Assembly (NCBI GenBank): GCA_038893995.1
Contig: JAWAQK010000002.1
Coordinates: 32,001 to 96,000, forward strand
Direction of reading: 5' to 3'
DNA from: Candidatus Thorarchaeota archaeon
GTDB taxonomy: Archaea > Asgardarchaeota > Thorarchaeia > Thorarchaeales > Thorarchaeaceae
DNA: 64,000 nucleotides
Position 1 is the first letter of the stretch. Each line of letters begins with the position of its first letter. The notes beneath the pieces were generated by a model, which was not told the origin of the DNA, searched no databases, and saw only the letters and a list, made by a program, of their open reading frames with translations. A program made the translations under genes and the position numbers. Below are positions 23,860-32,230 of the stretch, piece after piece.

Positions 23860-24318
23860 ATGATGAGCCAGCAAGACATCAAGGTGTTTGATGCTGAACA
23901 AATGGTCATTGGGCGTCTGCTGACAGTCGCCGCGAAAGCTGCCCTCATGGGGAGCAACGTAGTCATAGTCAACGCAGAGAAGGCGATAGTCACCGGCGAT
24001 CGAAGGGCGCAAATAGAGTCGTTCAAGAGGAAACGTGAGATACGCGCCAACTACAATCCGCGTAAGGGCCCCTTTCACGAACGTCGTCCAGACAAGCTTG
24101 TCAGAAAGATGATACGGGGCATGCTTGCTTGGCCAACTCCACGTGGAAAGGCTGCGTACAAACGGGTGTCCGTTCACGTCGGCGTTCCACCAGAGTATTC
24201 TGCTGTGGAGAAGATAGTGCTTGAGGATGCACGTTACGACAGTCTGAGAAACAAATGCATTACCATCGCAGACCTTTGCTATGAACTGGGCTGGAGAAAC
24301 AGGGGGGCGATGAGTTGA
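23860..24318 (+). CDS. rpl13: 50S ribosomal protein uL13
   Basis: DA...VIGRL, VNAEKAIVTG, GPFH.RRPD, IRGML. Confidence 0.96.
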   Translation: MMSQQDIKVFDAEQMVIGRLLTVAAKAALMGSNVVIVNAEKAIVTGDRRAQIESFKRKREIRANYNPRKGPFHERRPDKLVRKMIRGMLAWPTPRGKAAYKRVSVHVGVPPEYSAVEKIVLEDARYDSLRNKCITIADLCYELGWRNRGAMS

Positions 24319-24716
24319 TGAAAGTGGTAGTCAGTTCTGGAAAAAGGAAGACATCTGTCGCAAAGGCAACTGTGAAGAAGGGCTCCGGTCGCATTCGAGT
24401 GGATGGGAAACCACTCGCCATCATCCAACCCGAGATAGCAAGAATGCGAATTATGGAACCATTGATGCTCCTTGGAGAAGGTTGGAAGCAGTATGACATC
24501 TCGGTCAAAGTACGGGGTGGTGGGTTCATGAGCCAGGCGGATGCTGTACGTATGGCGATAGCCACCGGCCTTGTAAAGATGAGCCAGGACTACGAGGCAA
24601 AGGCTAGAATGATGCAACACGACAGGTCGATGCTCGTGGGCGATCCAAGAAGAACTGAGTCAAAGAAATTCGGAGGTCCCTCAGCACGATCGAGGTATCA
24701 GAAGTCATACAGATGA
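24315..24716 (+). CDS. rps9: 30S ribosomal protein uS9
   Basis: SGKRKTSVA, GGGFMSQADA, KKFGGPSARSRYQKSYR. Confidence 0.98.
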   Translation: MMKVVVSSGKRKTSVAKATVKKGSGRIRVDGKPLAIIQPEIARMRIMEPLMLLGEGWKQYDISVKVRGGGFMSQADAVRMAIATGLVKMSQDYEAKARMMQHDRSMLVGDPRRTESKKFGGPSARSRYQKSYR

Positions 24717-24731
24717 TCGAGGTGTACACAG

Positions 24732-24947
24732 TTGATAATCCCGGTCAGATGCTTTACTTGCGGAAAAGTTGTTGCTGACAAGTATGAACAGTTCCGACGT
24801 GAGATACAGCAGGGTGAGACTCCAGCGGCAGTGCTTGATCGACTAGGCCTCAAGCGGTACTGCTGTCGCAGAATGCTCATGTCACACATCGACATAATTG
24901 ACAGTTTCATTGCGTTTTCGGTTGTTGATTCATCGGAGGCAAGATAG
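24732..24947 (+). CDS. rpoN: RNA polymerase subunit N (Rpo10)
   Basis: [20 protein letters not shown]. Confidence 0.97.
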   Translation: MIIPVRCFTCGKVVADKYEQFRREIQQGETPAAVLDRLGLKRYCCRRMLMSHIDIIDSFIAFSVVDSSEAR

Positions 24948-24948
24948 A

Positions 24949-25584
24949 ATGAGTGAAGAGGAAACTGCCGAGGTCAATCTTCTCATATCAATGGACAAGT
25001 ATCTCGCCGCTGGTTGTCACATTGGCACACAGGTGAAGACGAAGGATATGGAACCATTCGTCTATCGACAGAGGCCGATTGGACTCTATGTCCTAGACGT
25101 ACGGAAGACTGACGAACGGATTCGAACTGCTGCACGATTCATATCACGATTTGAGCCTGACAAGGTCGTCGTTGTTTCTGGAAGAGTCTACGGAAAACGT
25201 CCAGTTCAAGAATTTGCAAGGTACACTCGTGCAACTGCCTTCACTGACCGATTCGTGCCTGGCACATTCACCAACCCTCAGCTTGCTGGTTCAAGGCCAT
25301 ATACCGAACCAGAGGTAGTACTGATTACGGACCCCCGTACAGATCAGCAGGCTCTTTCAGAGGCGTCTCGAATCGGTGTTCCTGTGATTGCTTTGTGCGA
25401 TACCGACAATGTCACGACTAATGTAGACCTGGTGATTCCGTCCAACAACAGGGGGCGTAAGGCGCTAGCCCTTGTGTACTACCTATTGACAAAGCAGGTC
25501 CTTATTGAGAGGGGTGAGATTCCCGCTGATGGAGAACCTGCATTCACCCCCGATGACTTCGAACCTCAAGCACAGAAGCTCTAA
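24949..25584 (+). CDS. rps2: 30S ribosomal protein uS2
   Basis: YLAAGCHIGT, RFVPGTFTNP, PSNNRGRKAL. Confidence 0.97.
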   Translation: MSEEETAEVNLLISMDKYLAAGCHIGTQVKTKDMEPFVYRQRPIGLYVLDVRKTDERIRTAARFISRFEPDKVVVVSGRVYGKRPVQEFARYTRATAFTDRFVPGTFTNPQLAGSRPYTEPEVVLITDPRTDQQALSEASRIGVPVIALCDTDNVTTNVDLVIPSNNRGRKALALVYYLLTKQVLIERGEIPADGEPAFTPDDFEPQAQKL

Positions 25585-25973
25585 CTGAGTATCGTGACTG
25601 TTCCATTGGTGGCATCAACTTCGGCAGTCCGTCCAGTTACGAGCTTGCTGAGATCTACTTTGTCAACTGCAGGTATTTCTCCAATGATACACCCTACCGC
25701 TACCACGGGGTCCATCGACTCATTGATGATGGCAAGCGGCGCCTTTCCCGCCTTGCTCAACGCATAGAGAACGTATGAACCAACCGTGCTACCCTTTCCA
25801 GTTGGGAATGCAAGTATCTTGTTGGATATCGATACTCCCTCGAGGGGGTGTCCTTTTTCTACGATCTGTCCCGTCTTTGGGTCGCATCCCCCGAAGAACG
25901 ATATGTCCGATCTACTTACGAGGAGCTCACCTGTGACCTTTCCCCTGAATATGCTACGACAACGAATGATCAT
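25581..25973 (-). CDS. Aconitase X swivel subunit (DUF126; phosphomevalonate dehydratase small subunit)
   Basis: ISFFGG.DP.TG, KGSTVGSYVLY; overlaps the stop codon of the large subunit. Confidence 0.9.
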   Translation of the reverse strand: MIIRCRSIFRGKVTGELLVSRSDISFFGGCDPKTGQIVEKGHPLEGVSISNKILAFPTGKGSTVGSYVLYALSKAGKAPLAIINESMDPVVAVGCIIGEIPAVDKVDLSKLVTGRTAEVDATNGTVTILS

Positions 25974-27154
25974 CCCTGTACAGCCTCCCTTATGCACTCC
26001 TCCACGGTCCTTATCTCCGTCTTGAACTTGTTCTTCCCACGAGCATAGAAGCATGCCTTTGCTGAGTCTGTCATCAGACCCCTGAACATTCCCTTGAGTG
26101 GTGCAACTGCGCAACAGGCATCACTCACTAGGAATGCTCCCGCTTTCTCAATCATGTCGTAATAGCCCATCTTGACGGCAAGCTCCTTCGTAGGTTTGGC
26201 CGTCGTTATCCACACAGTCTTTCCGTGTGCCACATGTTTCCCCCTAAGAAGTCGGGCAATCTCAGCGATTTCAGCTATGCTTGCATGCGGGCAACCAATG
26301 CTGATGAAGTCTATGTCTGCACCCTCGTCGTCCAGTTCCGCCTTTGCTTTCTCCAGGTCTTCCTGTGAGATAGTTTCGACCTTCTCTGGAATAGTTGTGC
26401 GGTTTGGTGTGATCCCCTCGATATGAAAGATCGCAACTCCTCCGTATGTTGCAATGGACGCGCAGAGCGCCTTCAGTTCATCGGTCGAGGCGCGTGATAT
26501 GCCCTCAATGTACGGGATCGAATTTCTGGTCCTGTTACCAATTACCTGCCCGAGTAGTCCGAAGTCCACTGTATTCTCGAGCCTTGCCTCAACCAAGTAC
26601 CTGACTTGAGCCATCCTATTCTTGTCTAGGTGAAGACCATATTCTGCTGTTCGGCCAGTCAGAGCTGCAGCGATTGCACTCGGTCCGCCCTCGCGGTTCG
26701 TATAGGCCCCAATGACGGAGTTCGCAAAACAGACGGCGGAGGACTCTGCCCATGCAATGTGTTCGCCATAGTGTGGCAGATTACCGATCAGGTATGGTGT
26801 GCATGTGCAAGTCGTAATGACGCCCATTCTCCTGAATGCATCTATTACTCTCTCTTGGTCGCGTGCAAATTCCTCTGATATTCCGTGCTTTTTCCATTCT
26901 GTCAGGTCCATCCCTGCTGGGTTGAGGGTCGTCAGGACGCGTACTTGTCCGTCCTCCGCCATTTCTGCAAGGTACTCAAGGCCATACTCCCCTAGGTTGT
27001 CATAGGACACCCCTGCTATCTGAACACTGGAAACAGGTATGAGTCTTGTGGCACCATAGATCTCTCCCAATGCCGTAATGATCTCCATTGCCTTCCGGGT
27101 GGCCTTTCCGTACTCTCCATTCAGCATGCGTTTCTCTTCAGATGTAAGTTCTAA
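25970..27154 (-). CDS. Aconitase X catalytic subunit (DUF521; phosphomevalonate dehydratase large subunit); first ATG at 27127, conserved-looking frame extends to 27154
   Basis: TTLNPAG, TCTCTPY, WAESSA, IGCPHAS, TDSAKA. Confidence 0.9.
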   Translation of the reverse strand, partial: LELTSEEKRMLNGEYGKATRKAMEIITALGEIYGATRLIPVSSVQIAGVSYDNLGEYGLEYLAEMAEDGQVRVLTTLNPAGMDLTEWKKHGISEEFARDQERVIDAFRRMGVITTCTCTPYLIGNLPHYGEHIAWAESSAVCFANSVIGAYTNREGGPSAIAAALTGRTAEYGLHLDKNRMAQVRYLVEARLENTVDFGLLGQVIGNRTRNSIPYIEGISRASTDELKALCASIATYGGVAIFHIEGITPNRTTIPEKVETISQEDLEKAKAELDDEGADIDFISIGCPHASIAEIAEIARLLRGKHVAHGKTVWITTAKPTKELAVKMGYYDMIEKAGAFLVSDACCAVAPLKGMFRGLMTDSAKACFYARGKNKFKTEIRTVEECIREAVQG

Positions 27155-27161
27155 CGTGCCC

Positions 27162-28469
27162 TCATTCCTCCGAGTACTTTCTTATGTCGACCTCATGAAA
27201 CTTGGCCTTCTCAAAGCTCTTTCCCTTCGTTGTCAGCTTCTTGGTACAATCAAAGCCTATCTTCGTCGTGAGCTTTGTATCGGGTTCGGCGCTAGGGTCC
27301 AGAGAGCTCCCAGGTTCGCGTCCTCTGACTATCATGTCAGAGTCTCCCTGAAATCTGGTCGCCATTGCCCATTCTCGCTCTTGTTCATCATAGATGTCTA
27401 TGTCATCGTCATACACCCAGACATGTTTTGCACTTGTGTGTCCTCGGAACGCACCTTCGATCGCCAGCTTTCCGTCATCGTCCTTTTGTTTCTTGATCTT
27501 GACTGCAACGTGTAGCCAGCTGGCACCTCCAGGAGTCATGCTGACATCGAGAACCTGAACTCCCTTCTCGCGCACGCTCTGGTATATCGTTGGTTCTCTC
27601 GGCATTCCCATGAGAATCTTGTGCTCAAGACGTCCTGGCAAGAGCGCCTGCCAAATGGCATTTCTTCTGTGCGTGATTCGCTTGACTTCAAATACTGGTT
27701 CTTGTCTTACCACATCGACGGTTTCCGTAAGGTCTATGAACGGGCCCTCAGCGGCCTTTTCATTCAAGTAGACTCTTCCCTCCAGAACAAACTCACAATC
27801 TGCGGGGATCCTTAGATCAACCGAACTTGCATGGGTCAGTCTTATGGGGCGCAAGGCATTGGCAATCTCGAGCTCATCGATCCCCGTCTTGACCGAAGTT
27901 GCAGCCGCTATCAATACCTCTGGCGTGTTTCCGACACAGAATGCGGCATCGAGTTCTCCAGCCCTCTGAAGGAACTTGTGAAAATCTCTGCCAGACACGA
28001 TCCTCACTGAGAAATGTCGTGAGTCAATCTGCATGGCTCTGTGGAAATCAAGGTTCTGTCCATACTCCGGATCCTTTGCAACAACAACAGCAGATGAAAT
28101 GTAAGGCCCCCCGTCTACGACGTTATGTCGAAGTATTGGCAGATCGTTGAGATCGACAACGGATCTGGTGACCTCCTGGCACGGTGCTCCATCGATAAGC
28201 TCCGGAGGACTCCTCTTCTCAATGGCTTTAGCTAGTGTTGGTATGATGTCTTGAACACCTATGCCAAAGTAGTCTGCTATCTGTTGCTTTGTACAGAACA
28301 GGTTCCCCGCAACACGAAATGAAGACTCCTTTACCTTCTCGAAGAGAGCTGGCTTTGGTTCTAGACACTTGAGAATACCAGCAATCTCAAGATCCTTCGA
28401 AACTGCGGTCCTAATCGTTCGAATGCTTCCCTTTTTGATCAGTTGGTTGATGTATTCCTCTAGTATCAT
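27162..28469 (-). CDS. UbiD-family decarboxylase (probable trans-anhydromevalonate 5-phosphate decarboxylase)
   Basis: DGGPYIS, EFVLEG, EGPF, WAMATRFQ, GSSLDPS; lies between mvk and AcnX. Confidence 0.9.
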   Translation of the reverse strand: MILEEYINQLIKKGSIRTIRTAVSKDLEIAGILKCLEPKPALFEKVKESSFRVAGNLFCTKQQIADYFGIGVQDIIPTLAKAIEKRSPPELIDGAPCQEVTRSVVDLNDLPILRHNVVDGGPYISSAVVVAKDPEYGQNLDFHRAMQIDSRHFSVRIVSGRDFHKFLQRAGELDAAFCVGNTPEVLIAAATSVKTGIDELEIANALRPIRLTHASSVDLRIPADCEFVLEGRVYLNEKAAEGPFIDLTETVDVVRQEPVFEVKRITHRRNAIWQALLPGRLEHKILMGMPREPTIYQSVREKGVQVLDVSMTPGGASWLHVAVKIKKQKDDDGKLAIEGAFRGHTSAKHVWVYDDDIDIYDEQEREWAMATRFQGDSDMIVRGREPGSSLDPSAEPDTKLTTKIGFDCTKKLTTKGKSFEKAKFHEVDIRKYSEE

Positions 28470-28478
28470 GCTCTCACC

Positions 28479-29420
28479 TCAGACTCCAAAGGATGTTACC
28501 CAGACATCCGTCGCTCCAGCTTCTCTCAACGCGCCAGCGACAACTTGCGCTCCTTTCTCATCGTCAGTGAGTGCGATCATGTTGCCTCCCCTTCCTGTAC
28601 CCGTGAGTTTTGCACCAACTGCACCTCGCCTGATTGCAGTGTCAACCAGAGTATCGAGTTCGGGACAGGACACGGTCAGCTGTTGAAGTAGTCTGTGGTT
28701 CTCATTCATTAGCTTTCCAACTCTCTTCTTGTCGAGCTCAAGTAGCGCATCTCGTGCTTGCACTATGAGCCTGTCATATTGTTGTAGAATATTGTCAAAC
28801 CATGATCTATCACTCTGAGCCAGTCTTCTCACATCATCAACCACAGCTTTTGTACTAGATGTCAGACCCGTTGCTGCTATCACCAAGTTCAGAGGTCTTT
28901 TCAGTTTGAGAACCTCGAACACGGGCTTGTCGGAGGATGTGGGTTTCTGATACCACACTAGTCCGCCGAATGTGGAGGCCGTGTTGTCTATGCCCGACGG
29001 AGTGCCATGGTATCCCTTTTCCCCCTCGTACGCTGCGAGATTGATTTTTTCATCGTCGTAATTCAAATCGAACTCTTCGTTCAGTGCTCGCGCAATTGCT
29101 ACACAGCTCGCAGCACTAGCGCCAATCCCAGAGGCACACACAAGATCTCCCGAAAGCTGTATGTGAATGCCTTTCTCTGAGAGATCTATGCCCATGTATC
29201 GAATTATGTTGTCTATCGATGCTGTCTGCTCGTCTGCTTTCTCTTTCTTGTAACCTGGTACTTCCGGGCGCAGGTCCTCAAGTTTCCATCCTGGTGTTGA
29301 TGTTCGATGAACGGTGGCAATGGTTTCGGCAGAGATACCTGCGGCCAGTGCTGGTCTACCGTAGACCACAAAGTGTTCGCCAAAGAGAATGGCCTTGCCT
29401 TTTCCAGATCCTACAGCCAT
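28479..29420 (-). CDS. mvk: Mevalonate kinase
   Basis: GKAILFGEHFVVYG, GIGASAA, HGTPSGIDN, GAKLTGTGRGG. Confidence 0.95.
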   Translation of the reverse strand: MAVGSGKGKAILFGEHFVVYGRPALAAGISAETIATVHRTSTPGWKLEDLRPEVPGYKKEKADEQTASIDNIIRYMGIDLSEKGIHIQLSGDLVCASGIGASAASCVAIARALNEEFDLNYDDEKINLAAYEGEKGYHGTPSGIDNTASTFGGLVWYQKPTSSDKPVFEVLKLKRPLNLVIAATGLTSSTKAVVDDVRRLAQSDRSWFDNILQQYDRLIVQARDALLELDKKRVGKLMNENHRLLQQLTVSCPELDTLVDTAIRRGAVGAKLTGTGRGGNMIALTDDEKGAQVVAGALREAGATDVWVTSFGV

Positions 29421-29628
29421 GTTCTACACGCCCTGTAGTTTGTTGATGCGACGACATTCGGTGCTTTTGAAGTCTTCCTTCGACGGATCACCAATCCCGA
29501 AAAGGCGTCTTCATCGTGCGTGGTTGTTCATGACTACACGGGCGATGTTGTCGCATGAGAACCAGGTCAGAGTCGTGGATTATTTGATAATATCAACTGC
29601 GGTCGTCGTCTGCTAGAATGTTACAATC

Positions 29629-29706
29629 TGGTGGGCCGGGCCGGATTTGAACCGGCGGCCTCTTGGTCCCGAACCAAGAATCATAGCCAATCTAGACCAC
29701 CGACCC
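29629..29706 (-). tRNA. tRNA-Pro(CGG), intron-less
   Basis: GGGTCGG...CTTGG TT CGG GA CCAAG...GCCGG TTCAAAT CCGGC CCGGCCC A CCA. Confidence 0.95.
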
Positions 29707-29734
29707 GCCAACTATCGCCAGGAACGGCGTCGAT

Positions 29735-30571
29735 TTAATCGTTTCGTTGAGAGTTCCGTAATTGTTCTACTGTACCGATATACAGTCCTTCTGTGGTGTA
29801 TGCATCTATCCGTGAAGAATCGATACATCTCAGGTCAAGAATGGGGCCTTCTAGGTTGACCCCTGAGTCATCGACTGGCCTACCATGGATCAGAGGGTTG
29901 TAGCAGGGCAACACAACAATCTTCAATGTTGTTCTGTTGATGTTGATTCCTGTTGCCTCTGAAATACAGTGTCCCCTCACCCTACACACTAGAACGACTG
30001 GAGTGGTTCCAATGCCAACTCTTCTGGCAGGTTGGCCAACATCTTTAGCCGTGAGTGTGCGCATTCTCCTAACACACGGATGGTGATGCCCCATGACGAC
30101 CATATCACACCGAAGTACGTCACCGGATGGCCATGCATGACCATGTACAAGTCCTACTCTTGTTCCGTCCATCACTATGACTTGGCCTCTTGGATCAGAA
30201 ACTTCCACATCGCGCGGCAGTAACGCACGGAGACCTCCATCATGATTTCCAGGAATGATGTGGACCTTGCTGTGCTTCGCTATTGCCTCAACAAATTCTG
30301 GAATGACACTCCAGTTGTAGAGTCTATCAATGAGAATGGTATGTTTCAAGTCTCCAACGATGTACAGACTGTCTACACTGTGTTTCTCTAGGAGGCCTGA
30401 GAGTGACACCATCATTTCATTCTTCTCGTCCTGAATCAAGGTGTCACTGAGTCCCTGAATCTCAGATGAGTATCCAATGTGCAAGTCGGATACGATCGCG
30501 ATCGTTTCGCGAGTCGAATGGATGACAAGAGCTCTGCTGTCTAGTACTGATCGCACAAGTGTTGGATTCAT
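29735..30571 (-). CDS. Calcineurin-like metallophosphoesterase (Lhr-associated type)
   Basis: SDLHIG, GDLKH, PGNHD, HGH, GHHHP. Confidence 0.9.
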   Translation of the reverse strand: MNPTLVRSVLDSRALVIHSTRETIAIVSDLHIGYSSEIQGLSDTLIQDEKNEMMVSLSGLLEKHSVDSLYIVGDLKHTILIDRLYNWSVIPEFVEAIAKHSKVHIIPGNHDGGLRALLPRDVEVSDPRGQVIVMDGTRVGLVHGHAWPSGDVLRCDMVVMGHHHPCVRRMRTLTAKDVGQPARRVGIGTTPVVLVCRVRGHCISEATGININRTTLKIVVLPCYNPLIHGRPVDDSGVNLEGPILDLRCIDSSRIDAYTTEGLYIGTVEQLRNSQRND

Positions 30572-30619
30572 AATATCGTTAAAAGGCAAATGAAGTGTGA
30601 ATGACATCTGTGACCAGAA

Positions 30620-31003
30620 ATGCTCTCGAGTCTTGAGATCGAGCTGCTCTCTGAACCACACCTAGCTCAGAAGGTCATCGAGTATTTCAAGGACAAGTAC
30701 GGTAAGAGATTCATCAGCGCCCTAAGGGCGGCAGAAGAAGGAAGAGTCCTGAAGTACCAATTTGTCCCAAGTGGGGTGATCGCCTGGACTGTGCAGGGTC
30801 GCAAGCGGGAGTACCTTGTTGTCCCGGAGGTCTACTGCAGCTGCAGGAGTTTCTATCAGAGTGTTGTGATATCTCGGCAGTGTGACGTCTGCTACCATCT
30901 TTTGGCTCAGAAGATCGCCGAATCAAGAGGAACGTTCGTAACCAAACACCTTGATGATGACGCACGTCGAAGGCTCTACAAGTCCTGGCGACGTACAGAC
31001 TGA
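30620..31003 (+). CDS. SWIM zinc-finger protein
   Basis: YCSC..F...CYHLLA (CxC...CxH). Confidence 0.85.
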   Translation: MLSSLEIELLSEPHLAQKVIEYFKDKYGKRFISALRAAEEGRVLKYQFVPSGVIAWTVQGRKREYLVVPEVYCSCRSFYQSVVISRQCDVCYHLLAQKIAESRGTFVTKHLDDDARRRLYKSWRRTD

Positions 31004-31057
31004 TTCTGGGATAGATTTAAAACTCGGTCATTGGGTAGGCCTCCGAAGTGAGATCGG

Positions 31058-32161
31058 GTGGGCCCTATTATGGAACGTGGTGCCTGTTTCAAGGTCTGTG
31101 TCCTGCTGCTCGTTGTGCTCATGACCTGTAAGCCCGTTACTGTAAGTGCCCAGGTTCTGGATCAAGTCGTGGTACTTTTTGATGCCTCCCACTCGCCTCA
31201 GTTTGCTCCTGATGATGACGAACAGGGTCTGGGCCTGATACTCAAGATGGTGAACTCTTCAACAAGGTACATGGTGCGTGTTCACAAGGGTTCCCCGCTC
31301 AACACGAGTATCCTTGATGACGTGGACATACTGATCGTGGCATCGCCAGACAAGTCCAATCCATTCTCCCGCTCCGAAATCTTAGCCATATCGGAGTCAA
31401 TTGCAAACGGAACTTCTCTTCTTGTTCTCGGAGACCCCTGTATTGACCAGAAATCAAAATACTGGTCTACTGAGCGACTTCGCGACATGGGCGAGAATAT
31501 AGCTCTGAACCAGTTTCTTGACTCATTGAACATCAGTGCTGTTCGCTTCAGTATCAACTATACTGTTGGGGGTGATGCCTGGGGCGATACGATGTTCGAC
31601 TATGATCACGCCCTGAATAAGACATCTCCCTCTGTAATCCGACTTGGCTCTGCATCGTGGGCCTCCGCGCACCCAATATTCCGGAACATAAACGAGCTGG
31701 TACTTATGACATCGACTCTCAAACCGCTCAATAGTTCCACATTGATCGGTAGGAGCGAAAAGAGCTCGTTTGCACAGTTCAGAAAGGGGCCAAATACCTT
31801 TGCGAACTTGAGTTTTCCGAACATGAGTCTTGAGGAATTCAGAAATCGTCCTCTCTCATATTCAGCCATCAACGGTACTTTCCCATCATGGCTCAGTGCT
31901 TTTGAGTATGGATCGAGTAGGGTTGTGATCTCCGGATCGACGATAATGTTCTCCGGCCTATCTCTTGACCTTCCTAGTTCTGATGCGCGGAAAGATGACA
32001 GATGGTTCTATACTGCGGACAATTCCAAGCTGTTCCTGAACATATTGAGTTGGCTCTCTGAACGCCACGTCAGTCCTCCCAGTGCAATCACTCAGGTCTT
32101 GATAGTTTCATCAGTCCTTCTTGCAGTAGGGGTACTTTACTACGTTGTTCGAAGAGAGTAA
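31058..32161 (+). CDS. Secreted, C-terminally anchored GIFT/DUF4350/Wbp1-like domain glycoprotein
   Basis: N-terminal signal peptide, VLFDASH, L.DVDILIVASP, RVVISGS..MFS, DN.KLFLNILSWL, C-terminal TM followed by RRE, 10 NxS/T sequons. Confidence 0.65.
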   Translation: MGPIMERGACFKVCVLLLVVLMTCKPVTVSAQVLDQVVVLFDASHSPQFAPDDDEQGLGLILKMVNSSTRYMVRVHKGSPLNTSILDDVDILIVASPDKSNPFSRSEILAISESIANGTSLLVLGDPCIDQKSKYWSTERLRDMGENIALNQFLDSLNISAVRFSINYTVGGDAWGDTMFDYDHALNKTSPSVIRLGSASWASAHPIFRNINELVLMTSTLKPLNSSTLIGRSEKSSFAQFRKGPNTFANLSFPNMSLEEFRNRPLSYSAINGTFPSWLSAFEYGSSRVVISGSTIMFSGLSLDLPSSDARKDDRWFYTADNSKLFLNILSWLSERHVSPPSAITQVLIVSSVLLAVGVLYYVVRRE

Positions 32162-32230
32162 CATCATCAAGCACAGCGAGTGAATGAGGTGTTTCGACGC
32201 GCTGGCCACTCTACTGACATAGAGATTGTT

